Below, piece by piece: positions 52,476 to 64,000 of a DNA stretch of 64,000 nucleotides. The stretch spans positions 124,001-188,000 of the forward strand of contig JAHLTZ010000032.1 of the NCBI GenBank assembly GCA_025786725.1, given 5' to 3'. Origin of the DNA: Syncephalis fuscata S228. Lineage: Eukaryota > Fungi > Zoopagomycota. The notes below the pieces were generated by a model, which searched no databases, was not told the origin of the DNA, and worked only from the letters and a program-made list of their open reading frames with translations. How positions within the stretch are numbered: the first letter of the stretch is position 1; the number at the start of each line of letters is the position of its first letter. The position numbers and the translations under genes were made by a program.

Positions 52476-53645
52476 TTAGTTGGTAGAATCGCTGGATTGT
52501 CTTGGTTCATAAAGCGGTAAAGGATCCGAACCACTATCCATAGAGTTTATTCTTTGTGGATAAGACGGGGGAGACATCGAACCACTACTAAACAAGCCCC
52601 TTCGAGAATTACTGCTGAGCTGGTCGTCTGATAGATAATCGTAATTGGGCGGATTCCTTGTTGGTAGCAACAAATCACTGTAATTGTCTTTAAAATGTTG
52701 TAAAGTTTCAGCACGCGATCGAGAGTAGATTATTGTATAAAGCCTTGATAAGTTGCTCCACATGTCCTCATTCGCTTTGATGATCAAGCTATCACTTCCT
52801 TGTTCAGAAGTGAGTTGTTTTATAGACCGCACATATTTATACTTGGCGAATACCATGTGGTTATTTGTGATACATCCACCTAATAAGCATATAAATACAT
52901 CTGCTAGTATAAACAATGAAAGCTTCAACTAACCATTATCAATAGCATCGCCAATCATCCATCCTTTTGCTTTCATATCACGTGCAACTATTCAATTAAG
53001 CATTAGTAATGTGTTACTGTAATGGATATGCACTCACTTTTTATATTTTCAGAGAATATAGAAAGTGCTATCTGTAAACTGGCAAAGCCGTTAGCTATAT
53101 GGTAAAAAAAGGAATGATTGCACTCTGGCATAGCAATCATGTAGCATTCATCTCCTTTTTTTGAGAAAACCTTCTGATAGCATGATAAAATGGACGTGTT
53201 GGAGAATCGTCTTTAGAAATATTATAATCCCCAGAATATAATGTCTATCGATAAAGTTATTATACCGAAAGTTTAAACTAATAGCAAATATACGTACATG
53301 GTAGAGGTTAAAGGGAAAATAATCACTCTGACCCTTTCTACATACAACAGTAGCATCAAGTTTACGGTTCTTCTCTGTGACGTATTCTGCGTTCGCAATA
53401 TATCCATCTTTTTCTTCATTCATACGTGAATAGATAGTAAGGCCCTTGATGCCAAATGGACCAGGCCGCTTTATTTCATATCCAAAAATAGGATCCACTA
53501 TTATACTATAATTATTACCATTGTATTACAAGTTCATAAAGTCTCTACCTTCTTTCTTAGTGAATAGGCCCGGCAATGCCATTACATCCTGACTGACTGA
53601 TAACAATACCAGTAGTGGTACAAGATGCTTGGTTCCAGGTAGCAT
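52476..53645 (-). CDS. Secreted protein with possible degenerate protein-kinase-like fold
   Basis: Signal MLPGTKHLVPLLVLLSVSQDVMA|LP. Spliced exons read DATVVC...GDECYMIAMPECNHSF...LSIFSENIK(I)ARDMKAKGWMIGD...HMVFAKY, followed by a Pro/Ser-rich tail. The kinase resemblance is by spacing only. Confidence 0.55.
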
Positions 53646-54301
53646 TCTTAAATTCTTATTTAGTATTTGTATTGTTTAATCTCGTAAAATGTTGCAGTCG
53701 TACAATAAGAATCAGCGGGAATAGAGTGAGTTTTGTGTAATAAAGCAATAAAAAAATTGACGAATTATCTGTTTATTTATAGTAAATCGCAACACAGTAA
53801 TCAAGCAGATTTATTGGTTAAAGATAGAGACAAAAGCCTAAATAGTGGCCATCATAAAAGTAAAACAAATCAGCTGAGCGATAGCTCAAAATGGACTAAA
53901 ATAATTACATATAAAGATTGAGAAGCTAACTGGCATTTAAATGTCATTGTCTTTTTTTATTATCTACTATCTGGTTTGCCAACATGGCAACTTGATACAA
54001 GTATAGTAACAAAAAAATTAACGTATTTAAAAAAAACCATCGAAATAGTAGTGAATAACGCAGCCGTCTATTTGTTTATCTTATGTCTATGATTACTAAT
54101 TATAAATGCTAATTGTTTGTAAGTAGCATTGTTGCTATTTTATTAATTCACTACTTTTATAACATTTATAAATTATAAACGTAGTTATTCTTTATTTTAC
54201 GTATAATAGCAAAAGTACGGCAATAATTATATTGAAATATACTTGTGGAGTGCATTTACTTTAATGAATTTAAAAAACAAAAGAGAATAAACAGCTAAAC
54301 T

Positions 54302-56038
54302 TTAGGCAAAAGCATCGTCATCATCAATAGTATATGATGTTGTCGAGTTGTTTGCTTTAGTATTTGGCCAAGCTTGATTATTTGACGCAATCGTTGATGC
54401 TTTCTCTTTGTTGGAGCGATACTCTGCAGCACTATCATCATCACTACTAATATAGGCTGTATATGCCTTTGGTATCGCATTGGCCCAGGTGTCAAGGGTG
54501 GTTTGTTGACGCGATGTCGGCACTTGGGCCACAGCTGTAGCTCCAATAGGCCTAGTTTGGCCATTGCCATTATCCGACGCGATGCCACGTCGTGATTCCG
54601 GTGGCTCAAGAGAGGATTTTGTGTTTCTACGTTTTCGTTTATTCTGTTGTGCCGATTCACTTTGATCGCTACATGATCGATCTTTATCGCTTTCGCCGTT
54701 CATTGATTCGACGTCATCAATCGAGGAGTTGATATTATTGTTATTACTATGGTCGCTGTCTATATTGTCGGTGTGTTGAATTTGATGATCATTTTCTGTT
54801 ATATAGTTGCTATCGTCTTCCATAATATCATCTTCGGCCGTTTCAAATTCATAGCGCACAACCTGTCTTCTAACGCGTGTTCTTGTCTCACGAATCTCCG
54901 TGCTATCTAATAGAGCAAGTGCACGTTCTCGTGCCTTTTCTTGTTGTCGGTGACGCTAATAAAATGGAATAAACTTTAGCTAGCCGTCGACAGGTTATAC
55001 GTATTTATTGTTACCTTTTGTATTGCCTCTGAGCGTGCTAATAGACGCTGCAATGCATTTTTAAGTTCTGATTCGGTGTTTAAAAACTCCATTCTAAATA
55101 CTTCAATTAAATCAAATAACTCGTCTATTGTAGTTGCCACCTAGTATACACGCATGTCAATTGAACGTAATTCAAATGATGCTTACTAGCCTACCACTTC
55201 CCACGTATCATAACTATATGGCTTATTAGAAGTATTCTTCTTACGCCGATAGACTCGTGGCCAATCTAAAAAGTATATTAATAAGCAATTTAGCACAGTA
55301 ATACAATACAGCTACTTACCACCAAAGAACCAATAGCTACGTTGTTGTTTATCAAATCCCACCGGCTGGCTACTTAGAATATTCAGTGCCGATTTATCCA
55401 TATTATGTGCCTTGCGTTGTATCTGGTCAATTTTGACACGAACATCTTTGTTATTTTGCAAATGCCAATCACATAGTAACCATAGCAAATCCAACTAATA
55501 AATCAAAATATTGGTTAGCAATTTAATTGATGAAAAATGCACGCATACTTTTGTAGTGGCCGGTAATAAATGATATGCCTCCGAGTTTTCTAGTGGTATT
55601 GGATTTTCGGTAAATGGATAAGCTTCTTCTAGACGAATATGCTTTGTCAATAGTCTTGATAGTGACTTCTCCCAAGGTTCATTGCTATTAAAAGTGTCAA
55701 CAATAAATACCAACATACTAACCATTAATTACTCCTTCTAACCTTTTACTAATAGATAACGGCTTGATCAATGCTCTATGTATATCACCGAGTAATTCAC
55801 CAGGCACTTTACGAACTAGTTCATGCTCCAGTATCTATCGTTGACGCCATTACTTATACTGTTGCTCTATTTTGCTTTTATGCCAAAGCTATATTGCTAT
55901 GAATCTACCTACCGCTGGGTCGACCTCAAGCTTATCAACACAGTCAGAGAAAGTATTTAGAAAGGCATTAAGGTAAACAAATTGCCATGCAGACCGAACG
56001 GCCAGAATCTTTGACGATACTTTGCCAGGCTCACTCAT
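54302..56038 (-). CDS. DDT/WHIM-domain chromatin-remodelling subunit (Ioc3/RSF1-like)
   Basis: VRSAWQFVYLNAFLNTF (DDT-like), YHLLPATTKLDLLWLLCDWHL (WHIM1-like), PVGFDKQQRSYWFFG..PRVYR (WHIM2-like), WEVVATTIDEL (WHIM3-like); acidic disordered tail. Confidence 0.75.
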
Positions 56039-56576
56039 AGCCTACGTCAAGTCGCAGTAGCCAATAGCACGGGTTGTATTTTGAACAATACAGCACTATT
56101 AAAATACTGCTATAATGGCGCAACAACAGATAACCAATAAACAACGGCAATTATAAATGAACGCGTAAGTTATCGTCAACAATAAAAGAAAAGGAGCGCG
56201 ACACGAGCAAAAAAATACAGACGTCTTTTTCTTTTCTTAGATAAACGTGCCTACCTATATTTACTGTGTATTTGTGTGTGTATGGATTAGTAACTAGAAA
56301 TCAAAAGATTAGTTAGTTATAGGATTTGTTAGTAATAAAATACATTGGGAACCAACGAACAGCTGCATACTCTTCTTTTCATTCACTCTATCTTGTTAGC
56401 CGCTTATCTGGCTTCATTACACACCGTGCGCACGCACCGGCAGCCTCGCCGCCCATTGGTGACAGCAGCTACTGCCCAATTCTTCATCTCTTTTAAATTA
56501 TCTTTGTTAGAAGTGGCTATTGTGTCATTCTACTTGCTTCAGTACTATACAGCCTGCTACGTCAATAGCCGTATCA

Positions 56577-58715
56577 ATGGTGATGACCGTCAGTAGCTGT
56601 TCTACCAGCAAGTTGTCGATTGACAATAGCAGCAATATTAGTAGCAACGGTGACCTAAAAGAAGCGGGAAAAGAAAGGCTTTTAAGCATTAATCTGTTCA
56701 ATAGTGTACAAGACGAGACGTATTTGCATGGTACCACGCCATTGGCGATGGTGACTAGTTGCACGTTAAATGAGAGTCAACAGCAGCATGAATTAGCAGT
56801 AGAAGAAGAAGAAAGAAAAGCGACATCCGTACCAACAGGACGTCTTGTCCTTGTTCTGGGAATGCTACCTTGGGATGCTCGTCGCTTAATACTTGAGCAT
56901 ACTGGCGCAGTTACGGTCGTTCGTTTAGGGAGAACTTGTCGTTTATTAAATGTGCTTGTGCGCAATGACGCTGGACTTTGGCAACAGTTCTATGAACAAT
57001 CGTTTCTTCGAGATGCACAGCGAGTTGAGCATGAGTTTCTTGAGTGGTGTAGTGAGGAACGCAGCAGTCACTTGAAAACTAAAATAGATGAGGCGCTATT
57101 TACTCGTAGTAATACCGATCATGGTGCCGGACAAGTTTTACGAAGTGGTGCATTTGCCGATGCATATGCACGATTAAAGTTGGAAAACGGCGGAATTACT
57201 GCACCAAACGAGGTTATTGATCAAAAGATAGCAGAGGAACGTAGTATGGATTGGTACAATGCTTATCGACGTAGAGCGGCCACAGAGGCCAATTGGTGTG
57301 CTGGCCGCTATGTGCGACATAATGTACCGGCTCCAGCGCTTGATGTACGTACAGCAGCTACGTTATATGCACTAGGTATTATCAATACACCACGAATGCT
57401 GGCCGGCAGTGCTGCGGGCCTATTGCTTTTACAAGCGGATCGTCTTTACTGTGTGTATCAGCCACGTAGCCAAGATGCATCCTTTTACGAATTGGATGAA
57501 TTGGATTTGGAAGCGGAAACAGCCGGTGTTCTACAGGTTCGTGCAGCACATATGAGCGGCCAATGGATCGTCGTCGAACTATACGATCCAGAATATCCAG
57601 ATGATGGCGGCTTGTTAAGTGCGTGGCGTATTGGCTGTCGCCAGGCAAGCTGTGCCGCTGAACTTAAAGAAGGCGGCGAACGAGTACAAGAGGTACGTGG
57701 TCGATGGGCATTACTGACACGCCGGCAACAAAGTGCCACTATATTTGCAGTTGTGGATCTTGAGATAGGTAAGCGAAGTATTGACGAATTACGTGTACAA
57801 TGCCGGTCGGCCGAGTTATTACATGTTGATAATGAGCATGTTCATTTATTGGTCAATGAACATGTTGACGGCCAACGGGATGATGAAGGCATTTACACTG
57901 ATCCATCACCGCCAATATCGTCTACGCAAGAGACAACAACAACAATAACAGCAATGGCTAGTATGGATGAAGAAACAGACCCATCTTTACCTTTGATTAA
58001 TAGTAATAATAGTAATAGTAATGATATTAGCAATAATAGCAATAATAGCAATAATAACAATGTTAATGCCAATGCCAATGCTAATACGAATGCTAATACG
58101 AATGCTAATGCCAATGCTAATACGACGAGTTCTTTGCCTGTAATTACTTGCGCCATTCATTGTCTTTCTTTGGATTCGCCGCCGAGTTTAGTAACATCAG
58201 TGAAATTACCATCTCCTAAACGTATGTTGTGCCGTTCATTGCGTATTCGAGTCGTGGATGCTTGTCGTGTTTTACTCGAGTACATCGAGTCAGGTAGTTT
58301 TGATGTGCGCGTTGTTGTACATCGATTAAATACATCATTGGCCAATAATTGGGCGGGTAGCCTACACGGCGTCCATCCAATGCTGACAATGAAGAGCATG
58401 CAATTGTATTGATTAGTTGGTATCGTCGACGACCTGTAGTGATTCGTGATTGCACGGCCGTATGGACTAAACTAAATGCTCATGACGCGGCCGCTGGCTA
58501 TTTAATATCGCCATCACTTGGTCGATCCGGCCTACTTTTCCACAGCGAGTATTTGAAGGCGAGGCACGCTTATGGATATGTCCACTTGGCAGCCGCTAAG
58601 TGATCTCGGATATTGGCCGCCAGCGGCCGGTCCTAATCTTGTAACACCGACATTTATTGCGCGAATGAAAGAGGCCGATGGTGGGCTTGAGATGTGGAAT
58701 TTTGCTGCTTGGTGA
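56577..58715 (+). CDS. F-box protein with degenerate beta-rich C-terminal region (frameshifted near the 3' end)
   Basis: MLPWDARRLILEHTGAVTVVRLGRTCRLLNVLVRNDAGLWQQFY is an F-box; WYNAYRRRAATEANWCAGRY is a typical post-F-box motif; Asn/Ala low-complexity insert; a shifted frame ends LEMWNFAAW* at 58715. Confidence 0.75.
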
Positions 58716-59047
58716 TACTGCTTGGCCAGTTCACAATGATTGTTGGTGATCAGTGTACTGAGAATGGGCGACAAGCGTTTCTTTGTTCTTTGTTGTAGAA
58801 ATATGCCTTTGCAGCAGTAATGTAATACTTTTGTTTAAATTTAAATATAATGTTTAAAACCAATTTGGAAGCATGCATTGTTGTCGTAATATCTCGTTAA
58901 GTTAGGTATGTTGATTGTGTCCAAGGCGATATATCCATTATAAACAGTTCGCATCCAAAATAAATTTGAACTACATCAATTATATCTTTTTCTAAGCATT
59001 ATTTTATAAGTAATTTATGCGTATTTTATTGAAATAGTCCGATAAAA

Positions 59048-60079
59048 ATGCATAGTTGGGAGGATGATGACAGCAATAGCAATATTACTATCAATACTAT
59101 GAATACTTTTACTAATAACATCAATGAGCATGATACTAGCTACTATATCTATGACTATCATTTGTCAATCGCTCAAACCTCTTTATTTCATATTCATTTG
59201 CATCTATTAGGCGCTATAGCTTTATTTAATTTATTCCTATATAATTTAAGATGTGCATTTGCTATTGTAAGTAAACAGCCATATAAAGTGTCTTCTTGGT
59301 GCTGTATCATTACAGCATCAGCAGGCATGGTCTTTTCAAGCGGCTTTCTATTGCCGTATTATCTATTTGGCACGCCATCTTGTCTTACATTGTATCGAGC
59401 AATGTTACTTTTACTAATGGTATCTACCATAGCTACTCATAGCATTCTACTTGAACGTGCTTACCTTGCCTATTCTCACAGTCGTATCATGCTTTGTTGG
59501 GGTATTTTAATGCTTTTACCAACATTTCTCTTTGTCTATATGGCTTGGCTTTATTCCTCTACGCTGGTCGTACAAATTGGTCCGCTATTGACTTGTAGTT
59601 TTACCACTTCGCTCTATATACCATATTTACGTTCACTTATCGATATTCCGGGCAATGTCATTTTCTCGTCCGCCTTTCTTCATGTGGCCTATCAACAATA
59701 TTGTCGCTCTGGTACTAAAACATGGCAGACTATCGCATATGACGGTACCTTTACTATGACATTGGTTATTCTGTCGCATCTATTTTGTGTATTTGGTCAT
59801 GTTTTCAGCTTATTAGGTGATGCTAATTTACTACTTTATGCAATAGACTGGTAAGTATAGTGATCGATGAAGTATAACCCGTGCTAATTGACTAATAGGG
59901 CAATAACATCTGCTTTGTTAATCCATAATACTTGGCGTATAGCCAATAGCCAGACAGCTTCCCAGATTGATAAAAAACATATTAATGTAGCCAACCGTGC
60001 TGCCTCGACTACCCGTTACGAGTCAAATGTAACTAATACTATGCTTAATATGTACTACTTTGATATAAAAATAAATTGA
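59048..60079 (+). CDS. Seven-transmembrane (GPCR-like) membrane protein
   Basis: About 7 hydrophobic segments, Cys in extracellular loops (TPSC, LLTC), LLERAY at the end of TM3 (DRY-like position), intron 59851-59898, polar C-terminal tail. Confidence 0.7.
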
Positions 60080-60257
60080 TACTTTTATTTGGCTATATAA
60101 TATATTATTATTATTAACAATCTAATGTAATATGCTGTTAAATAGCTATTTTAATAGCATTCGCGTAATTGAACTATACATTCAATCTATTGAACATGGA
60201 AACAAGTGATGAGTTTTATTTAATCATCACGCTATTACATTTGTTGTTTTGTTTAAG

Positions 60258-60847
60258 GATCAAATGACCAACATTTAATAACGCCCAATCTATTGAACAT
60301 AATGATGAGTGGTGAGTGACATCAGTCATCAAATACTCATTATTGTAGATTTATTATCCAGTATGATATATTTAGTATATATATCGTTCTACGATATACT
60401 AGACGTACTTTATTTATTATATGTCTCAATATACTTTACTCATTCCACTCATTCCACTATATGCACCATAACTTTAACATCGTTTTATATACTTTCTTAC
60501 CATGCATTAGCCTTTATATATATATCATTCTATACTCGCCTAACCTTCCTCTATTCAAAACAGTTTTTATTTTTGTTCTAGCTTTATTATTAATAAATCT
60601 CAGCCCATTCATCTCATTCAATTAGCAAGCTATATGTAATTGAAACCTATAACAATATGATGTATTCAGTATAGCATATAATGATATATGATAGTATAGA
60701 TATACACTGTTGATAATATAGATGAATACAGTATATATGCATACAAAATACTAAATCTATAATGATGAGTATTTTAAACTTTGATGGCACTCACCACTCA
60801 TCATCATGTTCATTAGATTGGACGCTATTCATTATAGTCATTTGACC
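60258..60847. mobile_element. Non-autonomous foldback/MITE-like element with ~200-bp imperfect inverted arms
   Basis: The left arm tcaaatgac...ccaatctattgaacataatgatgagtggtgagtgacatca is the reverse complement of the right arm tgatggcactcaccactcatcatcatgttcattagattgg...gtcatttga. A third copy lies at 26283. No ORF and no clear TSD. Confidence 0.65.
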
Positions 60848-61683
60848 ACCAAATTATACTAAATGTCTAATAAATTAAATTAAATTATATAATAATGTTA
60901 AATGATACACAATATGCTTTGTTATGAAAAGATTGAGTAAATAATAACAAAATAATAGAATAAAATGAATCTTTTAGTTAAAAATAAACAACCGCACATG
61001 TATCTGTGTTGAATGGATGCTATTTGCATATTACCAATATAAATATGACGCATATCTTTAAAGCTTATTGCCAATTAAACTTTTGGTTACAACTCACAGC
61101 AACATAATGATATTTACTATTGATACAGAACAAGCTTTATAATACGAATGTTTGTAGATAAATCTTATACTAAAACTGTTGTATATAATGCTATTCGGAC
61201 GACAGCAATAACCTGTAATTCTGTATACTACTGTCATATGTACAAACCTGCTACATTCATCATTACAATATCCAGGCACCTTGTACATGCAAGAGTGTAT
61301 CAAATAACACAAAATATAACATCTTTTGCCTGCAGCACAGCGTTATAAGGCCTATTCCCTGGGCAAACATGTGAATCGGATAAACTAACTGCATCTGTGG
61401 ATTAACTTAAAAATTATTTTATCGTCTAAAGCCACCAAACAGCGCTACGTAACTCCCTCGTATTTACGACTCGGCATTTCCAAACCGAAAGTACCAGCTT
61501 GATATAGCAAATTGCCAATTTGGACTGCTACCTATTATAAAATGATTCATTCTCTCATAATTAATTAACACTTTCTTTCCCTCCTGTTACTCACCTGATC
61601 CACCTACCTGTTCCATGATCAACTCTTCTCTTTTCCTTACTTTCAGCAACTAGTCTTTGTTAACAAAAACTTTATTCAACGCT

Positions 61684-63558
61684 ATGGCTCAAAATATCCT
61701 AACGTACTCCACTAAGGAAGAAATTAAGCAGGTAAGTGCAATGCCTGGGAAGCTGCTATTTTTGTCTGCTTCTGACGTAATCCGTTCAGTGCACGGAAGA
61801 CTTAACTGCTTCCTTTGAGTCTGGTCTTACCCAGCCACTTGCCTTTCGCAAACAACAATTGCGCCAGTTCCTTAAACTATGTGACGAGCAATCCGATGCT
61901 CTGCTTGAAGCAGTTCAGAAAGATATGGGAAAGCACCCGTGCGAAACTATGACTTGCGAACTTAGCTTAATACGAGACGAGATAGCCCGTGCACTGGATA
62001 ATTTAAGTAGCTGGGCCAAGACGAGCTACCCAAGTGTTCGTTTCACATTCATACTTAGCCGGCCACAAATTCGTAAAGTGCCGTTTGGTACTGTGCTAAT
62101 TATGGGAGCGTGGAACTATCCGTTGGTGCTATTACTGGCACCATTCGTAGGAGCCATGGCTGCTGGCAATACGGTTGTCATCAAGGTAGGCTGGCTTGTC
62201 GATTTTTGCGTTATTATTCAAACTAACTGGCTCAAAAATAAAAAGCCTTCAGAATTAGCGCCTCATTCGGCACGTGTCATTACGGAACTATTGCCACGTT
62301 ATCTGGACCAACGGGCCTATCGTGTAGTCAATGGCGCTGTGGATGAGTCCACTCAACTGTTGGCCACCAAGTTTGACTACATTTTCTACACGGGATCCAG
62401 CCAGGTTGGCCGCATTGTCATGCAAGCAGCCGCCAAAAATCTCACACCTGTTTCGTTGGAATTGGGCGGAAAGAGCCCATTTATTATTCATCGATCATGT
62501 AATCTATCCGTTACTGCCAATCGACTCTTTTTTGGCAAATACTTGAATTGTGGCCAGGTAAATTGGAAACCATTGTTATTTACAGTGGCTAACAAATGTA
62601 TTATTCTACACAACACTACAGACTTGCATTGCTCCAGATTACGTGTTGTGTCCACGCGATTTAATCGAGCCATTAACACAGGAGCTACGCAGATGTTATA
62701 AGAATCTTTATGATAGCAATGCACTTGAGTCTGATTCGTATGGCAGAATTATTAATGAACGTCATTTTGATCGTCTTATGAATTTGTTTGAAAAAGACAA
62801 GAAAGATGGATCTAAGGTCCTTTTGGGAGGAGCTAGCAATCGTGATGCCAAGTATATCGAGCCCACTGTAGTTCTTAGTAATCCGAATGCAGCTCTAATG
62901 AAAGATGAAATTTTTGGGCCATTTATGCCAATTATTGAAATGGACTCAGTCGACGATGCAATTTCATTCATCAATCGTCGGTAAGTGTTTAATTTAAACA
63001 TTAATCCATGTAAATATTCATTGTTTTTTATTTAAACATTAGCGATCAGCCATTGACTTTGTATTTGTTTGCAACGGATAAGAAGGTCATTAAGAACGGT
63101 GAGTTATGTTTATAAGGACAACAACGACAGCTATTAATGATTCAGCCATCTAGTGAGGGAATCAACTCGTTCTGGATCCCTATTAATTAACGATACTATG
63201 GTCCACTTTGGCAGTAAGTTTTAGTTTATATTTGTAACTTGCTGCTTATTTAGTCTCATTTATAGTTCCCCAAATTCCGTTTGGCGGCTGTGGTTCAAGC
63301 GGTATGGGCCGCTATCGTGGCAAGGCAAGCTTTGATACATTCTCGCACCAGCGCTCGATCCTCCATAGTGGATATGCCGACGAGCCTGTCCGCACCAGTC
63401 TATTGTACCCGCCGTATAACATGAAGCGAATCCCTATTGTTTTGTTTAGTTTGTCACGATATGCGCCATGGAGTTTGAAACTCAAAAAGGCATTTGTGTT
63501 AGTATTGGTATTAGTGCTGTTCGGATTTGTGGCAAAAGCGCGTGGGCTTTTGAATTAG
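61684..63558 (+). CDS. HFD1: Class 3 (fatty) aldehyde dehydrogenase with C-terminal membrane anchor, HFD1-like
   Basis: GAWNYP, AAGNTVVIKPSE, IFYTGSSQVGR, LELGGKSP, NCGQTCIAPDY (catalytic Cys), EIFGP, PFGGCGSSGMGRYRG; hydrophobic tail AFVLVLVLVLFGFVA. Confidence 0.92.
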
Positions 63559-64000
63559 TCGTCGTACTAAAGCCATGGCAACATGGCAGTTTTCTTAGTT
63601 TGTTTTTAATCATGTGCTATTCTTATGTTTAGATCAAAGCCATCAAACAAAAAAGAATGTTAATCAATTGCTATTGTGTGCGTTTTATATAAAACAGCAA
63701 TTGGCAGCTGTTAAATATGTTAGTCCACCAATAATTTGTATTTCAATATTTAATAATATGTCAATGCTATATAGATGCACTAATATTTGTCGGTCCAGCT
63801 TTGTCTCACCTAGACTATTACTAAAAATCAGATTACTACAGTATAATAAAATAATAAAAGTTTATAAATTATAAATATTTGTTACACGCCACACTATTAA
63901 TGCTATTTTTAAGTAATATATGTAAAAGCACGGTTTATATTATAAATACTAGCTTTTAAAGATATTATCTCCCGTAGTTCAAGGCTATCGAATGCTTTAA

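Overview
Gene-dense, AT-rich eukaryotic DNA with many short (about 50-90 nt) GT-AG introns. The gene set is fungal, and the secreted, F-box and 7TM families suggest an early-diverging zoopagomycete such as a Syncephalis-like mycoparasite; this taxon call is inference, not shown by the sequence. About 24 protein-coding genes are supported. Housekeeping genes: RIX1, NUP2/NUP50, RAX2, RPP2, SPT2, bleomycin hydrolase, ATG6, MSS51, YCG1, APC13, a mitochondrial carrier, a 2-Cys peroxiredoxin, RPS15, a DDT/WHIM chromatin protein and a class 3 aldehyde dehydrogenase. Less usual genes: an ADF-H plus PH protein, a FERM-F0-like plus ANKFN1/WAKE-like protein, an intronless PhoD-type phosphatase, an F-box protein, a 7TM protein, a secreted pseudokinase-like protein and a secreted repeat protein at the window start. 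An island of secreted-protein genes at about 26.3-34.2 kb holds an S1/P1 nuclease, two paralogous glycine-zipper proteins and a Met/Gly/Ser repeat protein, and is bordered by relics of two repeat families. A foldback (MITE-like) element lies at 60.26-60.85 kb. Many genes, including conserved ones, carry 1-2 nt frameshifts that are most likely consensus or assembly indel errors. All family assignments come from reading and recalling motifs; no searches were run. No rRNA, tRNA or CRISPR array was recognised.
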